A stretch of 64,000 nt of DNA. It comes from a virus. The translations under genes were made by a program, and so were the position numbers. The stretch spans positions 8,965-72,964 of the IMG/VR virus record IMGVR_UViG_3300023202_000034, one strand, 5' to 3'. Positions 18,408 to 29,000 of the stretch are shown here, piece by piece. Each line of letters starts with the position of its first letter. Position 1 is the stretch's first letter. Under the pieces are notes generated by a model that saw only the letters and a program-made list of their open reading frames with translations, had not been told where the DNA came from and searched no databases.

Positions 18408-20759
18408 ATGGGACTATTCAGTAGTAAAAAGAAGAAGGTTGTCGGAACCAGCGTCACCCGAGTCATCGAAGACGAGGATATTCCTTCCAACGCCAAGGAG
18501 AGTGTGATTGCCGCTATTATGCGTGGCGAGTCTGTTGGTGACATGATTCTGGAAGATCGTATCAATGGGCGTGTTCCCCACTTCGAGCAGGCATACGCAT
18601 TTGCCAAATCCGACAATTATGTGTTCGGGGTACCTGACGAAGAGATCAGTGAAACCAGCTCAGCAAGACTTGCTGTGCAGCAGCAGATCACTGCAGAACA
18701 ATCCAGCAATGTTCAGCTTTGGTACTACCGACTGCTTCCCATGAACTTCCTGCACATGGCTTGGGAAACGTTATTTACCCAATACCAGTACGACCCGTTC
18801 ACCAACAAGCTCGGCACCAAGACAACAGAAAAAGGCACGGACGTCTATGTGAAAGACCTGGTGGTATCACTCACCGGTACAGCCGAGGATTACCCCGAAT
18901 TATCCCTTATCAACTGGGATACGCACCCCCAGGACCGTTACAGCCTGAGCAGGGGAGACACCCCGACTGAAACCAGAACACCTGTCTTTCTGTTTGAGCA
19001 GTCACAGAATGAGTTCCGTGTGGAGATCGAGTGGCTGGAGGAGGGTTCTGGTACACCAACGGATGGGTATACGGCGCCAGCACTAAGTCAAGCTGTTGTA
19101 CTACAGGGTGGTTATACTGCCTCACCTTTAAGTCAGGCAGTTGTCTTGAGCGAATCAGGTACCGGAAGTACGCCAGGGGATGAACCAACCATTCAGACCG
19201 AAGTATGGGTTCTACCAATTCCCGCTGTGGATATGGCACAGCTCTACCACCAAGTGGCATACCGTAACCTAGGAAACAACGCAGAAGGTTATTGGACCTA
19301 CGCGCAAGGCGTAGGCACCTATCCAGCAATAGACAACGCAGGCAATACCACAACCATTGTGGAAACGGATTATATGCCGTTCATGTTTTTCATAAGTGAT
19401 GGCGTTCTATTGGGCTCTGAAGGCCGGGAAAACACTCCGGAGTACCGGAGTATGCAACTTATGCTCAGATACATGAGCATGGACTTCAGAGAAGTCTGCG
19501 ACAACATGGCAGAGAATCCAGACATTGCTGATGTACGTCAAGGCGCTATGATCTTTGGGATTCCTATGGATTCAGAAGATCCAGATGAACTGGTCTACCT
19601 TTATCGACACTTACGCCACTTGTATGACACCACCACGCCAGTGACTGAAGTAACAACCGGAGATGCACAGTATTCCATTGGTTTCACCGACGCGGACTTC
19701 CGGATTGATCTGGATTACGCCGGCATTGTGGTCGAAACCAAGACAGGTAACGTCGGTGAAGTCGGTTCTGTAAAACGGACGATTGGGAATTACTCGGTAC
19801 AGGAAACAAAGACCATAGATACCCGGGATGGTCCGGAGACTGAGGTCGTTACACGTACTTACGACAAGTTGACTCTACAATACCAGGAGACTGCAAACTC
19901 GTATCAGGAACTCACGATCTACAACCCGAGCATGGTGTACTTCGTGGAAGGGAATCGGGCGGTATATGTCAACCTGTCCGATGACGAGGGACGGCTTCTG
20001 CTCCCAATGTGTAAACCAATCATCAACACATTCAGTTACAACCAAAAGGAGAAGTTGTACCTCCGTTCGTTGCACTTCGTCTTTAACTCCCTCGTGGTGG
20101 TGAAAGTGAAGTGGTACCAGACCGGAATCTTCAAGGCGTTTCTGGTGGTAGTGGCTATTGTCATCACAGTACTAAGTGCTGGAACGGCAATACCGGCTAT
20201 TGCGGGTTTCCTGGGAATCTCAACGTTAGCCGCGGTGGTGGTCTTCGTCATTATCAGTATTGCGATGTCCTTTGTCTTCCGTCTGGTGGTCAAGGAACTT
20301 GGTTTACAGAATAGTATTATTGCTGCAGTCGTATTGGTTGTTCTGGCTGCGCTTGCAGGAATGAACGGTACAGAGTTCTTTGGTTTTGTTGATGCACAGA
20401 TGTTGCTTATGATGGGTAACGGGCTTGCGCAGGGTGTTGGTAAATATGCTGGAGAACTCGTTAATGAATATAATCAAAAATACGAACAGTTTGAAGATTT
20501 ACTGGACAATAGGACAAAGGAACTAAAAGCAGCTGAGGAACTATTAGGCGGAGGGATTGATATAGATCCCTTTGAGTTTATCGGGCTACAGCCGTTATTT
20601 ATCCCCGGAGAAACGCCTGATTTGTTTTATCAAAGAACAGTGCATTCCGGTAACATTGGAACATTGGCTTATGAATATTTACACAGTTACTTTGATGTAA
20701 ACCTCCAATTACCAACCATTTCAGATTCTTTGGGAGAGTTATATGACCGGAACCGTTAA
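18408..20759 (+). CDS. N4 gp53-like virion protein with C-terminal hydrophobic segments
   Basis: MGLFSSKKK start, KVKWYQTGIFK followed by TM helices; synteny. Confidence 0.8.
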   Translation: MGLFSSKKKKVVGTSVTRVIEDEDIPSNAKESVIAAIMRGESVGDMILEDRINGRVPHFEQAYAFAKSDNYVFGVPDEEISETSSARLAVQQQITAEQSSNVQLWYYRLLPMNFLHMAWETLFTQYQYDPFTNKLGTKTTEKGTDVYVKDLVVSLTGTAEDYPELSLINWDTHPQDRYSLSRGDTPTETRTPVFLFEQSQNEFRVEIEWLEEGSGTPTDGYTAPALSQAVVLQGGYTASPLSQAVVLSESGTGSTPGDEPTIQTEVWVLPIPAVDMAQLYHQVAYRNLGNNAEGYWTYAQGVGTYPAIDNAGNTTTIVETDYMPFMFFISDGVLLGSEGRENTPEYRSMQLMLRYMSMDFREVCDNMAENPDIADVRQGAMIFGIPMDSEDPDELVYLYRHLRHLYDTTTPVTEVTTGDAQYSIGFTDADFRIDLDYAGIVVETKTGNVGEVGSVKRTIGNYSVQETKTIDTRDGPETEVVTRTYDKLTLQYQETANSYQELTIYNPSMVYFVEGNRAVYVNLSDDEGRLLLPMCKPIINTFSYNQKEKLYLRSLHFVFNSLVVVKVKWYQTGIFKAFLVVVAIVITVLSAGTAIPAIAGFLGISTLAAVVVFVIISIAMSFVFRLVVKELGLQNSIIAAVVLVVLAALAGMNGTEFFGFVDAQMLLMMGNGLAQGVGKYAGELVNEYNQKYEQFEDLLDNRTKELKAAEELLGGGIDIDPFEFIGLQPLFIPGETPDLFYQRTVHSGNIGTLAYEYLHSYFDVNLQLPTISDSLGELYDRNR

Positions 20760-21285
20760 CCCTATGCAGGCGCTTGCTATGGCAAGCCCAAATTACACCC
20801 CTGTTTCTACCTTTGATCTGGGAACCAGTCCCTATGACTTTGGTTATGGGAATTATACCAACCCAAATTTCTCACCTGTTGCTACGGCATCCCCGGTAAG
20901 TGCTGCCACATCGGTACCTGTGGCGGACATTTCCCAACAGTTGGCGTCTTTTGGATCTGCAGTACCGGCTGGCGCTGAACCGACCACGATGCAAACCTTG
21001 TTTGGCGGCAAACTAGCGGATGGTAGTACCCAGATGGGAATGATTCCTGCTGGTTTGGGGACTGCTAACTCATTGCTGTCCGGCTGGCTTGGTATGAAAC
21101 AGTATGGATTGGCCAAGAAGCAGATCAACTCATCCATTGATATGAGCAAGCGTAACTTCAACGCCCAGGCCAATACGATCAACTCCCAACTGGAAGACCG
21201 TCAGCGGTACCGTGCCATGACACAGCCTGGTGCTAACCAAGACGTTGCCAGCTATATGGCGAAGTACGGAGTGCAGAAGGTATGA
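20743..21285 (+). CDS. Ejection/structural protein (N4 gp52-like)
   Basis: GMKQYGLAKKQ...NSQLEDRQRYR...YMAKYGV. Confidence 0.75.
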   Translation: MTGTVNPMQALAMASPNYTPVSTFDLGTSPYDFGYGNYTNPNFSPVATASPVSAATSVPVADISQQLASFGSAVPAGAEPTTMQTLFGGKLADGSTQMGMIPAGLGTANSLLSGWLGMKQYGLAKKQINSSIDMSKRNFNAQANTINSQLEDRQRYRAMTQPGANQDVASYMAKYGVQKV

Positions 21286-22598
21286 GCAATCCTATCACTT
21301 GGCGTAATGTTAACGGCCCGGATCTTCGATCCGGTGCCGCCATTCTTGGGCAAGCCCAGCAGAGCTTTGATAAAGCGTTCTCGGGTGCCCAGGGCGTTAT
21401 CAATGATTGGCAAGGCATTCAGGAGGCCAACCAAGCCAACACCATTGACAAGAACACTGAGCAATTCCTGAATACGATCAACCAACGTTACCGTGATCCA
21501 GCTGCCTTGGAGCAAGCCAGACAATCGGGTGAGCTGGATGCTCTGCGTCAGCAGTATGGTCAGTATGGTTTGGACACTGATAAAACGAACGTCGCAGCCA
21601 TTGATTCTATTCTGGGACAACGACGTACCCAGCGTAAGGAAAACCAAGAGTACTCTGATTTCGAGACTCGCTTGGGTAACCGTGCAGCCAGGGATGCACA
21701 TGACGTGGCGATTGCTGAAGGTCGCTTTGAGGACGCGGCCAAGATACGGTCTGAGAACGAGTTTCTCAACGAAGGCGGTATGGCTCAGGCACAAACCAGT
21801 GCACAGCATGCTGAAGAGAATCTGAACTGGACCCGGGAGCAGCGGAACAATACCCGACAGGATCGTGCAGAAACCCAACAACAGAAAGCAATCCGGAAGC
21901 AGGGTGAGGCCTTGGCTGCTGACGCATTCCTGCGTATGAGCGAACCAGGGGCCAATGCCACCCAGATCAGGAACAGTCTGGTTTCAGACCTGATGTCAGT
22001 TCCAGGAATGACTATGGGCATGGCCACGGAAATGGCAACCAATGCGGACAACACCGATTATCTGACCTCACAATTGTCCAAGCGTGATCAGGCAGGGTTG
22101 GACAAAGGTTTGGCAGGAATTGAGAAGGAACTCAGCAAAAATGAGTTTTACCAGTGGGAGACCTCCAAAGAGTCACCCGCCGAGGCTGCAAACCGCGTAA
22201 TCCAAAGCGCGCAAGCTAAGATCGACGACGGTTGGGACCAGGAAGAAATCCATGATTTTGCGTTGGTTGCGATGACACAAGGCTTTGACTTGGGTACAGG
22301 CACGAAGATGCCTCTTCCCCCTGCCGCTGTGGAGTTCGTTATCAACCATCCGGATGTGGGTTCACTTTGGAACGGAAACCCAGATGATCATGTAAAGCGC
22401 TTGATCACCGACAACCCCTACTGGAAGAAGAAACTGGACGAAGCTGCACAGGGTAAGATTGACAAAAAGACGTATCAGGCCGAGTATTTAAAGAACACCC
22501 TGGGGAACGCCGAGCAGTTACAGGCAATGGACGCCCGCAGGAAAGACGGAGATCCGGTTGGTTGGTTCCTCGAAAGCATCAAGAACCGGGAACAGTAA
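21282..22598 (+). CDS. Ejection/structural protein (N4 gp51-like)
   Basis: MSNPITWRNV start, helical, no Cys; upstream of vRNAP. Confidence 0.7.
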   Translation: MSNPITWRNVNGPDLRSGAAILGQAQQSFDKAFSGAQGVINDWQGIQEANQANTIDKNTEQFLNTINQRYRDPAALEQARQSGELDALRQQYGQYGLDTDKTNVAAIDSILGQRRTQRKENQEYSDFETRLGNRAARDAHDVAIAEGRFEDAAKIRSENEFLNEGGMAQAQTSAQHAEENLNWTREQRNNTRQDRAETQQQKAIRKQGEALAADAFLRMSEPGANATQIRNSLVSDLMSVPGMTMGMATEMATNADNTDYLTSQLSKRDQAGLDKGLAGIEKELSKNEFYQWETSKESPAEAANRVIQSAQAKIDDGWDQEEIHDFALVAMTQGFDLGTGTKMPLPPAAVEFVINHPDVGSLWNGNPDDHVKRLITDNPYWKKKLDEAAQGKIDKKTYQAEYLKNTLGNAEQLQAMDARRKDGDPVGWFLESIKNREQ

Positions 22599-22604
22599 AC
22601 TGAG

Positions 22605-22630
22605 GGCCCTCTTCGGAGGGCTTTTTCTTT
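22605..22630 (+). terminator. Rho-independent terminator
   Basis: GCCCTC-TTCG-GAGGGC followed by TTTTT. Confidence 0.7.
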
Positions 22631-22646
22631 CACAAGGGGATACCTC

Positions 22647-22955
22647 ATGCGAGGATTTATTACCTCGGTTGTAGTGCTGGCAAGCATTGGTGCTGTGCTT
22701 TATGGTGGCACTTACTACCTGACAATGCAGATAGACACTCTCTACTCCGATCTTGCCAATTCTATTGGTTTGATCTATTTAATGATTGCACCGGCTTATT
22801 TGGTTGTTCAATTTATCCTTGTTCCATTGTATCGTCGTGCAACAAAAGAACTGACCATTAGGGATTTGCACAAGTACAAAACACTGCTGGATAACGGACT
22901 TATTTCCGAATCAGAATACAACCAAAGAGTTGGTGAATTAAAGAAGTCTTTGTAA
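22647..22955 (+). CDS. Two-TM membrane protein with SHOCT-like C-terminus
   Basis: Two hydrophobic helices, then LHKYKTLLDNGLISESEYNQRVGELK. Confidence 0.7.
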   Translation: MRGFITSVVVLASIGAVLYGGTYYLTMQIDTLYSDLANSIGLIYLMIAPAYLVVQFILVPLYRRATKELTIRDLHKYKTLLDNGLISESEYNQRVGELKKSL

Positions 22956-23045
22956 TTAAATACAGTCTCTCCTTGTTTTAAATATCGCAACAAATCCTAT
23001 TCTATTTATAATGCCTCAATGGTTTAAAACTGTTGAGGCATTTAG

Positions 23046-26000
23046 ATGGATATAATGGATGAACTTGGTTCCCTTCTTAACGATAAAAGCACGCCTCTTG
23101 ATCGCGTAATACAACGGCGGAATCAGAAAGAGCAAGATGTTATTGATGCCGCGTTTAAAAACGTTGAAGCCCTGGATCGCATACATAAAGCCAACGAACG
23201 TCGGTTGCAGCCGGATGCCCAAGTAGGTGCACTGGGCACAGACTCTGATACGGTTCGTTTAGGTGTCGGTGGTGCAATGAGTGGTACAGGTTCTGTGCTT
23301 GCAGCTCCTGGCTGGATACTGGACCAGGCCGGTCAACTTATTGAATCTGGTTTAATGGCAGCAGGTCTGGAAGATCAAGTACGCGCAGTCAACCAGAAGT
23401 TTGTTGATTGGGGTATCTCCGCACCCAGTGAGGCCTTCAAAGGTGTAGGCGGTTGGCTGAAAGAAGGCGGTCAAGAACTCCAGAAAGCCGTGGATGCTTC
23501 CACACAATACTCCTTTGACCAGAGTACACCTACTGGTGACATCACCGATACGTCCAGTTGGTCATTGGGCGAGAACCCTTCTCTGGAAGGTTATGGTTTG
23601 CAGCTGACGAAGATCCTGGGGGAGTTTGCTCCGCAGGCAGCAGGCCTGGTAGCCCGAAGTCCAGAGAAAGCCATGCAGATCATGGGTGCTATTGGTGGTC
23701 TGCAAGCCGGTGAAGGTCAAGCCTCTGACACCGTGGATGCCATTATGCAGATGGATGAAGCCACGCTCACAGAAGCTTCTGACCTGTACCGGGAACTGCG
23801 CGAAGACACCCCAGAACTTACCCACGAACAAGCCCAGCAGGAAGTTGCACGTACCGCAGGTGCTGCGTCTTTCATGGGGGGTGCTTTGGTAGGTACAGCG
23901 GGTGGTGCAGCCACCGGTTATATCCTCAAACCTCTTCAAGGCAAACTGCAAGGCAACGTTCTGGGACGTGCTACAAAATCCGTAGGTCTGTCTGCCGGCG
24001 AAGAAGCTCTGCAAGAAGTGGGCGAGACCGTTACCGGACGTGCAGCAAGTAATCTGGCTGCCGGTATGGACCGAGACCTGACCGAAGGTACTTTCGGTGA
24101 TGCGGTACTGGGTGGTTCCTTTGGCGGTGGTTTGGGTGCACTGGGTACCACGGCCGATGAAGTAGGACGTATTGCTGAGAAAGTCTCAGCAGCCATGCCT
24201 CAGACTGATTTCAGTACCAAAGAGAAAGACATTGTTGCGGCAGCAGAGTCTGGCAACATCGATAAGTTCCTTGATCCAGAAGACAAGAAGAACTACTCCC
24301 CCCTGAATGCCCTTGGCGCCATGGTCATTCGTGCCCGTCGTGATGATGTGCCGGAAGCTGAAAAGCGTGAACTGAAAGCTTCTATGCAGAACATGATCAC
24401 CACGCTGGAGCAGGATGCCGTCAAACTGCAACGCCAGATTGATCAGCATCTTCCTGAAACTATTGAGTCCACGCGGCAGAAACTTCAAACCCGGGAACAG
24501 AAGCTGGCAACAGCCGAGACTGAACAGGAACGTGTTCAGCTACGTGATGACATTGAGTTCCTGAAAGAATCCCTGGATGCCATTGAGAACGTTGATCCCA
24601 AGCGCATTAAAGCCATGGAGGCTGAGCTTAAGGGGATCAACTCTCAGATCAGTGAAGCTCAGGCCATGTTTTCCCAGGTCCCAGGAGCAGAGGCCACTGC
24701 AGACGATGTGGATGCCCTGAAAGCCACTGCCGGCATTACCCCAACAGATGCACCGGTATCGTCTACAGAACGTACCCAGGCCGCTAAAGAGCTGACCATA
24801 GTGGCTATGCAGAATCCGGATTTGCTGAGTACACAGGACGTTGAAACCCTGGTAGGGGATGACACCAATGGCTTGTCAGAAGATGACCGACAGTTCCTGC
24901 GTACTCTGTCCCAAGCACAGCTTGCCGCGAATCTGGCTCAAGACATGACCGGAGCACGCCGAGGCGTCATGCAAGGCACAGACGGTTTTATAGGCATTCG
25001 CCAGTATCAAGCACGCATGGCCAATGCTGTTAGGGCCAAAAATGACACGGTGGCCAAAGCCCAGCTCACTGGTTTGCGCAAGTTCCGGGAAAGTCATGAA
25101 GCCAAGGCTAACGTATTTGAGAAGGCACTGGAGCAAACCAATAAGACTGGTAAGCCGGTGATTGTTGCCCGGGGCAAAGGACACACTGATTGGAAAATCA
25201 CCCAGCGTAAGTCGTTGACCGATACTTTCCGGAACTTCGGGGCTATCCGTATTCGCCCAGACTCTACACGGTTGGTGGCTACCGTTGCACAAGAGAGGGA
25301 AGCTCTGAAGGCCGCTGAAGCCATGTTAAATGCAGCCTATACCTTGGGCTTCTCTCAGAACGCATCCGTCACAGAACAGCCGGAGGCTGTCTCCGACACG
25401 CCAGAATCCACTGAATCTCCAGTAGCAGAGGAAACCGTCAATGAGTCAGAGCAAAGCGAAGCGCCCGAACCGGAATCCGTGGAAGCAACACCAGAAACGT
25501 CTGAAGCAGAGCCAGAGCCGACGCAGGCAGCAGAACCTGTTGCAGAGCCCACACTCAGAGAGCGGGTTGAACAACCTGAGTCAGGTACTGACGGAGAGGT
25601 AGAGGCTGAGCTGGAACCGGTAAACCCGGAACCTGAATCAGAGGTACCGACCGAGGCGGGCGAAGTCCGCTACGAGGAAGGTACCTTGGCTGTGTTTAAA
25701 CAAAAAGCAGCAGCAATCACCGGCAAGTTAACCGATGAAGCCTTCCGTAAACTCAACCTGGTTCGGCAGTACTTTACCCAAACCAGTAAGAAAGACTCGG
25801 ATGTGACTGAACGGCCCTTGGTAGTTCAGAAGGATTTCCTGTCTGCGTTGATTCAGGATGAATCCGTTGCCGATCTGTTCGTGGATGCACGACGCTACGG
25901 TAGTTTTGACGGTTCTGGTTTGTCTGAAGCGCAGTATGCCGCCATACGTGACTTTGCATCCAAGGCAAAAGACTGGAACGAATATCTGGAAACAGAACTG

Positions 26001-29000
26001 ATTAACTACGATATCAAGGAACAGTTCTACTATCGTGATCTGTTCCACCATCTGCGTGATGGTCAGCCAACCGAGGAGAACATCAAGACAGCGATCTCTT
26101 ATGCGGCATACTCTTGGCTGATTGATAACGCCAGCAGACCAGCACTGGCCACCGACGAAGAGATCAATACCATCCTGCATCGTCGTCCGGAACACGAAGT
26201 CATAGACACTGAGCGGGCTGAGTTTGGTTATATCGGCACCTCGGACAAGTTGGTGATCAATACGCTGGGTCAAAAGGTGGTTCAGGCATTAGGTATTCGT
26301 GGTACCAAGGATACACCAGCTAACCTGGTGTCCCAGCTTGAGTCGTCTTTGGGTGTCTACGCTATGCAGTTGCTGGCGGAACAAGAGTTGGTTGAGCGTC
26401 ACCAGGTTACGAGTGCTTCGTTCTCCAGGGAACCCGGTGATGCAGACGACGCGACCATCTCGGGGGACTATGTTACACACCCGTTTGTTCGTCTGGCTCG
26501 TAAAGAGAACCTCAAGCCGGTTGACGTAATTGAAGCCATTGGTGTAGCCAACCGTAATACTCAGAGTATTCTGAGCCACCTTATGGGTGTGGAGTCTGGC
26601 TCTTTTGAACCGGAGTTTGTGGAGCCTGAATTTAACCAGGCGTTCACCAAAGGCACCAAGCAACGGGTACCCAAGCGACAGCAGAAGATTGAAGCCAAGA
26701 AAGGTAAATACGCCTATCAGGTACGCAGCACCATGTTTGGTTTGTGGGATGCACTGGACCTGGGTACCAAACGAACCATCGTAGGTGTAAAGGATCTTGA
26801 CAACAAAGCCGTGCACAAGGTCAACAAGCTGAGTGCTGAAGGATTCAACGAAGGCCTTGACCGTGAGATTTTCCTGTTCGACGAATTCGCCAGCAAGGAA
26901 GAGCACCGGAACCGTCCGTTCTGGTTAATTGGTAATATCTGGAAGCAGCAACGTGTAGGTCTGAAGAGTAACACCATCAACCCGCAAGCCAGCAAGATCC
27001 ATCGTTTCCTGGTTTCCATGACAGGATGGAAAGTGTCTGTAGACACTCGCCTGGATTCACCCAGTAACCGGATGTTCCGACTGAACGTAGCTACTGGCCT
27101 GGGTATCAAGACGGATAAACAGGCTGTAGAGACTTCTCTGAAGCGACTAGATGAGAAGCTGAATGACAATCCAATCTTGCTGGATGCTGTAGAGGTCATT
27201 AAGCAGAATCTGCTGGGCGAACCACTCTCCGAAGCAGAGCAGGCTACCCTGGTGGAGGCAGTCAGGGTGGGCGGTGAAGCCATGCACACGATGGATGCTC
27301 TGTTGGGTCTGGCACAGTGGGAGCTGGCCGTTGATAACGGAGAATCCAGTTTTGAAACCGATATGATGCTGGAAATCGACGGTGTTACCAACGGCCCCAT
27401 GCTGGCACAACTCCAGTTGGGTGCAGCACCTTCTGCCGGGGAACTGAACGAGATCCTGAACAAAGGTGGCATGTACGAGCTGGGCAGTGATTACACCAAC
27501 TTCAATACCTGGAAAGAAGAAGCCAAGCAACCTGACCTGTACGAAACCCTGGCCAAAGACATTGCCGAAGCAATGCAGGCGGTGATTCAGGGAGCCGATG
27601 CCTGGAAAGCACAGAACTTTGTTTCTCTGAACCGCTTCATGGACGGGCTGTTTGACGCTAACAGTAAGAAAGTGACCATCGGACGTAACGCGGTGAAGAC
27701 TCCGCTTACAGCCATGGTGTTTGGTTCTTCAATCAACAACGCCATTAAGAGTATGGCGGAAGAGTTTGTTCAGGGTATCTACGATCGAATTGAAGCAGAT
27801 GCCAATTTACCAGAAGGTGAACGTTCTGCTGCAACCAAAGAAACCCTCAAGCACATCAACGCACTGTTGAAACCTGGTTTCAAGAAAGGGGTTACCCCAC
27901 TCTCTGAGAACATGACGACTGATCAGTTGCTGGAGTTCACCTTTGATAAGGAGCAACTGAAAACGATCAACGACATGTTCCGCTGGAACGTTGGCAAGCA
28001 TGTTGAAGGTGTGATGGAACATCGCTTTGGTTTGTTCATGGGACGTAGAAGGGAGCTGAACCGGGGTGCACAGTTGGCCTTCTACCTGTATGACACTGTG
28101 TATCAGTACTACCGTGAAAAAGTAATCAAGGAGTTGGTTAACTCTGGAGATATCCCGGTCAACGTAACCAAGAACGGTAACACACTGTATCGATATGACC
28201 TGACCTCAGCACAAGAGCAGTTGGTGGAGCAGCGTGTACGTGCGGCCATGCCTATGGTACATACCCCACTGTCCAAAGACAGCAAAGACCTGGGTGCTGG
28301 CTTGTTCATCGGCAAGACTGAGCGCAGTGTGGCAAAGGATGCAGACACAGCCTACACCCAGAAAGTGGAATTCAAAAAGCGTAAAGATAAAACACGGTAC
28401 GTCGACGGCCGCGGCATGAAACGTCAGATGGTCGACCCGGGTATAGCCACCCTGATCATGATGATTCACTCATCGGATAGCGCCATTTCTTCCTATGCGG
28501 CAGAACAGTTACAAGCCCTGAACATCCACGATGCTCATGGTTTGAGTCTGAACGATGCAGCCGAAGGCGGAAAGAACCTGAACAAGGCGACGTATGAAGT
28601 CATGCGTGACTACTCGGCGCCATTGGAAATCCATGAGGCACTGGTTCGGACAATTCGTGGTTTGAAGTCGCTGGGTGAGGATCTGGTATCTGATCCGGAA
28701 CTGCGTGAGCGGTTTGTTGCCTTGTCTCAAGAGCTACACAAATCCAAACTGAACGGGCTCATTGAGCCGGTTGATGATATCAACCCAGATAACGGGGACG
28801 TTTTCCGGTACATCCTGAAGCAGACTGAACGTGCTGCGTTCGCTTCTGAGTACACCAAACTGCAGAACATGGCTCAGTCCAAAGCGTATAACCAGTACGC
28901 CTTTGAAGGTGGGGAATACTTAGTAACAGATGCAGATCGTGCCAAAGCTTTGGAAAACCTTGATGCGTTGGATGCTCGTCCAGCTAACAAAGGTGACCGG

